Part shown: positions 9,420-16,512 of the stretch, piece by piece
Position numbering within the stretch: the first letter of the stretch is position 1
How the letters are laid out: each line of letters opens with the position of its first letter
NCBI GenBank assembly: GCA_001801405.1
Contig: MGXQ01000064.1
Location: 3,066 to 47,447, forward strand
DNA from: Gammaproteobacteria bacterium RIFCSPHIGHO2_02_FULL_42_13
GTDB taxonomy: Bacteria; Pseudomonadota; Gammaproteobacteria; UBA12402
DNA: 44,382 nucleotides
Reading direction: 5' to 3'
Translations under genes and position numbers: made by a program
Notes under the pieces: model-generated
What the model was told of the DNA's origin: nothing
What the model saw: the letters and a program-made list of their open reading frames with translations, nothing else
The model's database searches: none

Positions 9420-9638
9420 ATGGCTTCTGTTCGTGAAAAAATTCGTTTAAATTCAACCGGCAAAAATAAAGCTGGCAAATCGACTGGCTACTTCAAAACT
9501 ACAAAAGTGAACAAACGCACGCGCGTTAACAAAAAATCGACCAAGTTAGTTTTAAAATGCTTTGATCCACGCGCTTATAACAAAGAAACGGGCAAATGTG
9601 GACAACATGTGATCTTCGAAGAAGGCAAGATTAAATAG
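9420..9638 (+). CDS. rpmG: 50S ribosomal protein L33, unusually long (72 aa)
   Basis: The conserved ends MASVREKIRL...FDP...HVIFEEGKIK and the position after rpmB fit L33. About 17 extra residues sit in three insertions. Confidence 0.75.
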   Translation: MASVREKIRLNSTGKNKAGKSTGYFKTTKVNKRTRVNKKSTKLVLKCFDPRAYNKETGKCGQHVIFEEGKIK

Positions 9639-9683
9639 TTGTTTTTTTGAGCATGATAAATTTCAAAATCCATGTGATTCTTG

Positions 9684-9692
9684 TGATATAAT
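9684..9692 (+). promoter_or_regulatory. putative extended -10 promoter (TGATATAAT) for the ankyrin gene
   Basis: A TGnTATAAT match lies 28 nt upstream of ATG 9720. The SD AAGAGGA is at 9708-9714. Confidence 0.35.
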
Positions 9693-9719
9693 AGAAACAA
9701 TATTCGCAAGAGGATCATT

Positions 9720-10526
9720 ATGCCTCCACCGCCGCCTGGCACATTAGAACTGTTGTTTCGTGCGATCGTGAATAATAAAATCGAGGATGTTGGTAGTCTT
9801 TGCAGAAAGTTTGGTAAGGATCTTGTTAATCAATCAGATAAATACGGGCGTACGCCGCTTTGGATAGCCGCTGATTGTTCTTCTACAACAGCGACAGGGT
9901 TCTTATTAAAATATGGCGCCAACCCAATGACTGCGGACGTCTGGAAACTCACGCCACTACACCAGGCCGCTATTAGAAATAATGCCAATATAGTTTCACA
10001 ACTCATAGAAGCGATCCCTGATAAAGGAGCGCGCACTGCTTACGTCAATCAAACCGATGCAACAGAAGAATCCGCGCTCTTTGTCTCTGCAGGTGAAAAC
10101 AATCATCAAATCGCTCTCATCTTAACAAAGGCCAAAGCAAATATAGCGTTACAAAACAGTCAAGGAGATACGCCTTTACATAGAATAAAAGATATCAGGA
10201 TGGCTGACATACTACTAAAAAACATCTACCCAGAAGATATGCGGCGAGCTCTTTCAATCAAAAATATTGATGACAAAACTGCTGCAGAAACTGTCACGGA
10301 GCCAAACGTTAGTGCATATTTAAAAAAGATGGAAGAAGATATCTTGCTTAAATTACAACAAGAACAATTCAAAAAACGATCTGAAAAAAAAGATAGCGTT
10401 CCGCCATCAGCCCTGCTGGTTACGGGAATGTTTGCTACTCGTCCCACCAGCCCATCCATTGCGCGATGTGGCTCTGATCGCGATTTAGTCGGGCGGGTGG
10501 CGCTTCTTCTCCAACGACGAGTATAA
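9720..10526 (+). CDS. ankyrin-repeat protein (about 4 ANK repeats plus a coiled/charged region and a GC-rich tail); effector-like
   Basis: The ANK consensus recurs (GRTPLWIAA..., LTPLHQAAIRNNANIV, ESALFVSAGENNHQIALIL, GDTPLH). The N-terminus starts MPPPPPG. Confidence 0.8.
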   Translation: MPPPPPGTLELLFRAIVNNKIEDVGSLCRKFGKDLVNQSDKYGRTPLWIAADCSSTTATGFLLKYGANPMTADVWKLTPLHQAAIRNNANIVSQLIEAIPDKGARTAYVNQTDATEESALFVSAGENNHQIALILTKAKANIALQNSQGDTPLHRIKDIRMADILLKNIYPEDMRRALSIKNIDDKTAAETVTEPNVSAYLKKMEEDILLKLQQEQFKKRSEKKDSVPPSALLVTGMFATRPTSPSIARCGSDRDLVGRVALLLQRRV

Positions 10527-10584
10527 AAAAACTGTTTGGCTTTTTTCGTGATATAGCACATTTCTCAACAGGAGGATATCGCCT

Positions 10585-10791
10585 ATGCCATTACCTAATG
10601 ATGATCACGCTCCGTATAATTGTCCGCCCGCCCCCAAATTACCTCGCGCTACCCATGAAGCTGTGCCAAGTCAATCCGTCCTCACTCCTGCTGTCAGCAC
10701 GCTCTTTGGTCGACAATATCACTCAACACCAAATCTTATGCAACTCACCGCCGCTGCTGAACACTCGTTAAAAATAATACGTCATCCCTAA
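10585..10791 (+). CDS. small Pro-rich hypothetical protein (68 aa)
   Basis: A strong SD (AGGAGG) lies 8 nt upstream of the ATG. No recognisable domain. The 3' end overlaps the convergent OMP gene by 24 nt. Confidence 0.3.
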   Translation: MPLPNDDHAPYNCPPAPKLPRATHEAVPSQSVLTPAVSTLFGRQYHSTPNLMQLTAAAEHSLKIIRHP

Positions 10792-11550
10792 GCTAATATT
10801 ATAATTTCGCGGTTGAAAAGATGTGCTATCGCTATGACTAAAAACACCCGCATGAGTATATACGTTATCGTAAAAGATAAACTGACGATACTGCGTAAAC
10901 ACCACTTCGGTTCTCACGGTCATATGTTTAAAAACAAAAAATTCTATGCCCGCTCCTTCTCGCACACCCAAAGCACTTTTGGTATCGGTAATATCTTGGA
11001 ACGTCGACAATTCTCGTATCATTTCATATCGTGCATAGCCGGCACCTAAACGTGCATAGAGCAACGCTTGATCATTAAAAATTGAAAAGCCCGGACGAAA
11101 ATCTAAATACACTGGATATCTTGCTTGCGCACGTAATCCATTTATATGAACAGAAGATCTATATGCCTTATCCTCTCCACGATGCATATCGGCACCCAGC
11201 TCCCCACCTACATAGTATCGGCCAAAATAATATCGGCTAATATAAAATCGCGGTCCAATCAGTCCGCCATAACCCGCAAATGAACCAATAAAACGAGTAT
11301 CTTGATCTGGAAAACGTCGATGACCTTCTGTTACATTACCTCTGGTGTAGTGATAGTGTTTATCTTCATGAAAATAACCACCGTGCACACCAACATAAAA
11401 ACCATTGCTATTGCCAATATCAGAAAAAGTATTGCCACTACTACTACTAATTAATGCATTAGATGATGCAAGAAAAGGATCATAGGCCTGAGCAAGAAAG
11501 CAAAAACCAATCAGTGATAAACACAGAAATCCAATTATTTTTTTTAACAT
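10768..11550 (-). CDS. outer-membrane beta-barrel protein (OMP_b-brl/OmpW-like porin family)
   Basis: Signal peptide MLKKIIGFLCLSLIGFCFLAQA. Alternating aromatic/Gly beta-strand patterns (GFYVGVHGGY, GAGIEFFVF). The C-terminus is LGMTYYF with a terminal Phe. Confidence 0.7.
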   Translation of the reverse strand: MLKKIIGFLCLSLIGFCFLAQAYDPFLASSNALISSSSGNTFSDIGNSNGFYVGVHGGYFHEDKHYHYTRGNVTEGHRRFPDQDTRFIGSFAGYGGLIGPRFYISRYYFGRYYVGGELGADMHRGEDKAYRSSVHINGLRAQARYPVYLDFRPGFSIFNDQALLYARLGAGYARYEMIRELSTFQDITDTKSALGVREGAGIEFFVFKHMTVRTEVVFTQYRQFIFYDNVYTHAGVFSHSDSTSFQPRNYNISLGMTYYF

Positions 11551-11881
11551 AAATACCTCTTTTTAAATACTGCTGTCATCATTCCTTGGGAATAGTAACG
11601 TATTTGCGCATTCAAAATCAACCTATCTGTGCTGTTTTTGAGCGTGGGAACGCCAAAATATCTTGCATTTGACACCTTTCATGGTTAAATAAAATTTTTA
11701 ACAATAAAATCAAAACCTTACAAAATATGCGTCTATATTAACACCTCTATAAATACGCAAGAACTGACATCCACGGTAATTATTTTGTGCAATTTTTGAT
11801 CTTTTGACTATACTCAAAATAAGACTGGGCAAAACATGAGCAATTTAAGGCTCATAGCCCGCTCAATAACAAGGAGGTTAT

Positions 11882-12541
11882 ATGTCATCCGCTCATTCAT
11901 CCGCCGAGTTACTGCATCGATCTTTTAAACTTATAATGGGCGCTACCCTTATCATTTTTGGGACCTATTTTTTGGTCGACAAACCAGTCGCCTTTTACGC
12001 CTATAACCATCACATCAATCATTACGATATTTTGAAATGGATGACTTATATTCCAACAACGCTGGAGTCCATCGCACCCATCGTGCTCGTGTTGATCATC
12101 GTCGATCTTTCGCGACATTCGCTGTCCCATTTTCAAAAAACATTGCTCGCCATGATTATTAATCTCGCCGTTACTTTACAAATCAAAGAAGGACTAAAGT
12201 TTATATTTGGTCGATATTGGCCAGCCACTTGGACCAATCATAATCCCTCGTTAATACAAAATCATGCGTATGGTTTTCATTTGTTTCACTCGGGTTCCGC
12301 ATACCAATCATTTCCATCCGGACATACGACGATCATTTTTTCGGTGATGAGTATTTTGTGGATGGTGTATCCAAAATGGCGATGGCTAGCCACTGCATCA
12401 TGTGCCGCTGTTATTATCGGATTGTTAGGAATGGATTATCATTTTGTCAGCGATATTATTGCTGGCGCAACATTAGGAATTATTACAGGGATGTATGCAG
12501 TTTATTTCTTTGGTTTGGAAAAAAGTGATTCATCACCTTAG
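11882..12541 (+). CDS. PAP2-family membrane phosphatase
   Basis: 219 aa with multiple TM segments. Has FPSGHT and HFVSD (HxxxD) acid-phosphatase motifs. AAGGAGG SD upstream. Confidence 0.75.
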   Translation: MSSAHSSAELLHRSFKLIMGATLIIFGTYFLVDKPVAFYAYNHHINHYDILKWMTYIPTTLESIAPIVLVLIIVDLSRHSLSHFQKTLLAMIINLAVTLQIKEGLKFIFGRYWPATWTNHNPSLIQNHAYGFHLFHSGSAYQSFPSGHTTIIFSVMSILWMVYPKWRWLATASCAAVIIGLLGMDYHFVSDIIAGATLGIITGMYAVYFFGLEKSDSSP

Positions 12542-12585
12542 CGCCTTAGCGCCTTTCCGTCAGAAATTGTTGCGCCAGCAGTTTT

Positions 12586-12665
12586 GTCATTCCGGAATTG
12601 CTGCGTCAGCAGTCACGTCATTCCGGAATTGTTGCGCCGTTGCGCAACAATATCCGGAATCCAGG
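12586..12665. repeat. tandem GTCATTCCGGAATTG units ending in a long hairpin (CCGGAATTGTTGCGC/GCGCAACAATATCCGG)
   Basis: GTCATTCCGGAATTG occurs at 12586 and 12616. The hairpin spans 12621-12656. It sits between convergent PAP2 and coaD and is a likely bidirectional terminator. Confidence 0.6.
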
Positions 12666-12669
12666 AGAA

Positions 12670-13152
12670 TTACGCAAACTTTTCTTTCAACGCATTTGCA
12701 ATAACGGGCGGCACAAAATATGAAACATCACCATGCGAAGATGCAATGTCGCGCACAATGCTAGAAGAAACATAACTATATTTATCATCCGGTCGTAAAA
12801 AAACCGTTTCAACATCAGGCGATAACAAACGATTCACCCCTGCCAATTGAAACTCATAATCAAAATCAGAAATCATACGAATGCCACGCAAAATAATTTT
12901 TGCATGTTGCTCTTTTGCAAAATCGACTAATAAATTTTTAAATCCAACGACTTCAACATGATCAAAATCTTTTAAAACTGTCCGCGCCAAATTAACGCGC
13001 TCGTCGAGCGAAAACAAAGGCGATTTTTCCTCTTTCGCAGCAACCGCAACAACAATATGGTCAAATAAATTGAGCGCACGCTTGACCAGATCAAGATGGC
13101 CAAAAGTAATCGGATCGAATGTTCCGGGATAGATAGCAATTTTAGTTTTCAT
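12670..13152 (-). CDS. coaD: phosphopantetheine adenylyltransferase
   Basis: Start set at MKTKIAIYPGTFDPITFGHLD (T/HxGH motif). The longer ORF extension has no support. Confidence 0.9.
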   Translation of the reverse strand: MKTKIAIYPGTFDPITFGHLDLVKRALNLFDHIVVAVAAKEEKSPLFSLDERVNLARTVLKDFDHVEVVGFKNLLVDFAKEQHAKIILRGIRMISDFDYEFQLAGVNRLLSPDVETVFLRPDDKYSYVSSSIVRDIASSHGDVSYFVPPVIANALKEKFA

Positions 13153-13224
13153 GACGAAATTATAACCGAATCGATATGCCAAGACCACGCCAAATATGAT
13201 ATATTTAGGTTCAGGCAAGGTGAT

Positions 13225-13350
13225 TTCCTACAAAACTTTAATCCTCGCAGCTCTGAGCTGCTATCAAGCAGGTGGGGCAAGGAATAGAAAGGGGCTCATT
13301 CTCGCAGCTCTGAGCTCGCCGAGTTTATGCTCGCAGCTCAGAGCTGCAGC
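13225..13350. repeat. array of 3 GCAGCTC[T/A]GAGCT(G/C) palindromes plus an AAACTTTAATCC module
   Basis: Cores lie at 13247-13261, 13304-13318 and 13333-13347. The TTTAATCC(N)GCAGCTCTGAGCTGC module is shared with 15113-15137 and 17961-17986. Confidence 0.8.
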
Positions 13351-13368
13351 AAATAACACGAGGTACGC

Positions 13369-15018
13369 ATGACAACCATCGCGAAAACCAACATCTCTGG
13401 CCAAACGCTATTAAACGATAGTCGTTTCAATAAAGGCTCGGCGTTTACCTCGGCCGAACGCGAACTATTTAATTTAACTGGATTATTGCCGGCGCGCGTT
13501 GAAACGATCGCAGAACAATGTGCTCGCTGTTATCAAGAATTTAAACGACAACCTACTTTGCTCGATAAAAATATTTATCTCACTAAAATACTTAATCAAA
13601 ACGAAACCCTATTTTATAAATTAGTTTATGATCATGTCGCAGAAATGTTACCCATCATTTACACGCCCGTTGTCAGTGAAGCTGTCGAGCATTTTAATCA
13701 CATCTTTCAGCGACCGCGTGGATTATTTCTTTCTTATCCAGAACGCGATTCGATGGAAGAAGTTTTAAGGAGATACGATCACGCCAATATCGACATCATT
13801 ATTGTCACCGATGGTGAACGCATCTTAGGTATCGGCGATCATGGCGTGGGCGGCATGAGCTTATGCATCGGAAAACTTGCGCTTTATACATTATGCGCGG
13901 GCATACATCCTTCGCGCACCTTACCCATTTGCATCGACATCGGTACAAATAATAAAACATTATTAAATGATCCATTATATCTTGGCTGGCGCCATGAACG
14001 TCTCACGGGACAAAAGTACGATCATTTTATTGATCAATGCGTCATGACAATTAAAAAAATATTTCCCGATGTTTTGTTGCATTGGGAAGATTTTGGCAGA
14101 GATACGGCGCGCAAACATCTCGATCGCTATCAAAACACGATGTGTACGTTTAATGATGATATGCAAGGCACCGCGGCCGTTTCTTTTAGCGCTATCGAGT
14201 CTGCATTACAAACTATACGCCAGGATATCACACAACAATGTATTGTGTTTTTTGGCGCAGGCACCGCAGCCACCGGCATTGCAGATTTTATCGTAAAAAT
14301 TATGGTAAAACGCGGACTGTCATTGGAAGCCGCTCAAGCTCGCATTTGGTTATTAGGCCGCCGCGGTCTCTTGATGCAAGACATGGATAATTTAATGGAT
14401 TTTCAGAAACCGTATGCCAAATCAAAAAATGCGATGGCAGAATGGAAATTAAAAAATGTTTCACATATTGACTTATTTGAAGTGGTACGTCACGTTAAAC
14501 CAACTATTTTGGTGGGTTGTTCTACTGTAAAAGGCGCATTTACCGAAACGATCATAAAAACAATGGTCAAATACACCCCGCGCCCAATTATTTTAGCGCT
14601 ATCGAATCCCAATTCAAAAACCGAAGCAACGCCACATGATTTATTAAATTGGACAAATGGCAAAGCGTTAATCGCAACCGGCAGTCCTTTTCCCGATGAA
14701 GTAATTAGCGGCAAAAAAACGCCGATCGCACAATGCAATAATTTATTTATTTTTCCGGGGCTTAGTTTGGGCGTGATCTCAGTGAAAGCAAAACGCATTA
14801 CACATGACATGTTTGTTGTGGCGAGTCATACACTCGCCAAACATTCTCCCGCACAACAGGATGCCTATGGATCGCTGTTACCTGATTTAACTCATATTCA
14901 AGAAATCTGTTTCGATATCGCTGTAGCCGTTGCCGAACAAGCGATCAAAGAAGGCGTGGCGCATAAAACTGATGTAGAAAAAGCGATTTTAGCTAATATT
15001 TGGGAACCCAATTATTAA
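13369..15018 (+). CDS. maeA: NAD(P)-dependent malic enzyme
   Basis: 549 aa with LLNDSRFNKGSAFT, VTDGERILGIGD, FNDDMQGTAAV, GAGTAATGIA and LSNPNSKTEA. Confidence 0.9.
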   Translation: MTTIAKTNISGQTLLNDSRFNKGSAFTSAERELFNLTGLLPARVETIAEQCARCYQEFKRQPTLLDKNIYLTKILNQNETLFYKLVYDHVAEMLPIIYTPVVSEAVEHFNHIFQRPRGLFLSYPERDSMEEVLRRYDHANIDIIIVTDGERILGIGDHGVGGMSLCIGKLALYTLCAGIHPSRTLPICIDIGTNNKTLLNDPLYLGWRHERLTGQKYDHFIDQCVMTIKKIFPDVLLHWEDFGRDTARKHLDRYQNTMCTFNDDMQGTAAVSFSAIESALQTIRQDITQQCIVFFGAGTAATGIADFIVKIMVKRGLSLEAAQARIWLLGRRGLLMQDMDNLMDFQKPYAKSKNAMAEWKLKNVSHIDLFEVVRHVKPTILVGCSTVKGAFTETIIKTMVKYTPRPIILALSNPNSKTEATPHDLLNWTNGKALIATGSPFPDEVISGKKTPIAQCNNLFIFPGLSLGVISVKAKRITHDMFVVASHTLAKHSPAQQDAYGSLLPDLTHIQEICFDIAVAVAEQAIKEGVAHKTDVEKAILANIWEPNY

Positions 15019-15028
15019 CGCGAATTCC

Positions 15029-15236
15029 GGAGCAGCTCTGAGCAGATGAGAGACAGGCTGTGACTGACTTTTAGCAGCTCAGAGCTGCGAAGTAAGCAAT
15101 ATCCTACAACATTTTAATCCCCGCAGCTCTGAGCTGCGGGAAAGCAGTCATAGCAAGTCTTTCAAGACACCTACTTGCCGCAGCTCTGAGCTGATAAAAT
15201 CCAGTCATAGCATGGATTTTATCAGCTCAGAGCTAA
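15029..15236. repeat. composite array of 6 CAGCTC[T/A]GAGCTG palindromes; an inverted copy of 8863-9033 plus an extra doublet
   Basis: Cores lie near 15032, 15074, 15123, 15181 and 15223. The last doublet is CAGCTCTGAGCTGATAAAATCC...GGATTTTATCAGCTCAGAGCT. Confidence 0.85.
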
Positions 15237-15258
15237 TTTTTATTTTTTTTGGAATTTG

Positions 15259-15431
15259 GTAACTATTCACCGCAAAACTTAAAACACGGAGAACGTTCAG
15301 ATTTTGGATGATTTTGGGTGAAAAATCGATGAGAAAGCGGAGTGTACACGATAGTACATGAGCATTTTGAAGAGATTTTTCACCCAAAAGCACCAAAATA
15401 TGGACGTTCCTTGTTTGTGCTGAATAGTTAC
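15259..15431 (-). mobile_element. 173-bp MITE, copy 1 (GTAACTATTCA... terminal inverted repeats), flanked by the 8-bp TSD GGAATTTG
   Basis: GGAATTTG occurs at 15251-15258 and 15432-15439. One mismatch in 173 nt versus the reverse complement of 34218-34390. The internal arms are self-complementary. Confidence 0.85.
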
Positions 15432-15447
15432 GGAATTTGATGTTACA

Positions 15448-15967
15448 ATGGCATCCATACATCAACGACTGAGAAAAATTATGCCAAAGATAAAAACAAA
15501 AGACATAGAATTGCAACCGATGGGTGATGTTGCCGATGCAGCACCAATAACGCTGGATTCCGCAGTGCTACAAGCAACACTAGCAGAAATGCAAGCAAGA
15601 ATAGCAGCGGAGATGAATGCTACATTCGCGCGATTAGCGGCACCCCCCCCTTCCTATTGACGCATTATTTGATCCCCAAAAAAATAGTCCAATTGATTTC
15701 GGAGCACAGCTCACGTTACCCGAGCCTAATCCCCAAGACAATAGACCAATTGATTTAGGAGCACAACTCATGTTACCCGAGCCTTTCCCTGAACCACGAG
15801 CATATTCAACCTTGATGCACAGGCTCATAGAATCGGGGTTTTTTCATCGCCCTCCTGTTGATTTAACTTGGCTCATCCGCAATCCTAGTGGCGCCCGTGT
15901 GGAAGAATGCGATGTCCCACGAGGCTGGCAGCCATCTGCGCCTGGTGCCGGCGGTGATCCGAGCTAA
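15448..15967 (+). pseudogene. orphan gene split by a C8 homopolymer (frameshifted or phase-variable); the product contains two 19-aa tandem repeats
   Basis: Frame-1 ORF 15448-15660 ends 8 nt after C8 (15643-15650). Frame 2 is open from the tract to 15967. Loss of one C would fuse them into a protein of about 170 aa. Confidence 0.5.
15671..15784 (+). repeat. 2 x 57-bp tandem repeat (DPQKNSPIDFGAQLTLPEP / NPQDNRPIDLGAQLMLPEP)
   Basis: A direct comparison of 15671-15727 with 15728-15784 shows an in-frame repeat in the downstream reading frame. Confidence 0.8.
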
Positions 15968-16024
15968 TATTAGGGTCTGTCACAAAATAACTTGAACATC
16001 TAGCCTCCCATCTTGGCAGCATCT

Positions 16025-16489
16025 TTAAATCGCTTTCTTAAGATCTGACAACTGCACGGTATGCTGCACTTCTTCTTTAATGATTGCATCAACTTGCGAT
16101 TGATAAGGCTCAGAAACATAATCGCGCAAACCAACATAAAACAACACCGATTCTTTTTCGCGTAAAACCGCATAATCTAATAGGTCATGTAAATCTTCCA
16201 TCTGCACGACCGATGGCGTTCCGCTTTCTTGATGACTCGTGTTAATTAATTCATGCATATAAGACATGTATTCGTCGAGATCTTTAACGTGCTGGTCTTC
16301 GTCAACATTTGCCAACATGTTTTTATACAGGTCTTCGTGCTTTTTTTCTTGTATCACAAATTCTTTAAACAACGACTTGGCATCCGGGTTGCCAACCTGC
16401 GCCGCGAGCTCTTGATATAATACTTGGCTTTCATGTTCCTTTTCGACAGCAAATTGCAAGATCTCTTTGATCGAAAATATTTTAGACAT
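16025..16489 (-). CDS. ferritin-like/rubrerythrin-type diiron four-helix-bundle protein
   Basis: 154 aa. Paired E...ExxH patterns (VEKEHES, EKKHED, REKES, EEVQH) are spaced as in rubrerythrin-domain proteins. It is the last gene of the hydrogenase operon. Confidence 0.6.
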   Translation of the reverse strand: MSKIFSIKEILQFAVEKEHESQVLYQELAAQVGNPDAKSLFKEFVIQEKKHEDLYKNMLANVDEDQHVKDLDEYMSYMHELINTSHQESGTPSVVQMEDLHDLLDYAVLREKESVLFYVGLRDYVSEPYQSQVDAIIKEEVQHTVQLSDLKKAI

Positions 16490-16512
16490 ACACTCTCTCC
16501 TTTTAAGACCTG

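Noticed and set aside
15205-15516. A 103-aa ORF sharing a near-identical 60-aa stretch with ORF 34187..34408, which might suggest a conserved small protein.
   Set aside because: The shared stretch is simply the 173-bp MITE read in one frame. The ORFs start and end in unrelated flanks, and the element has hairpin symmetry typical of non-coding MITEs.
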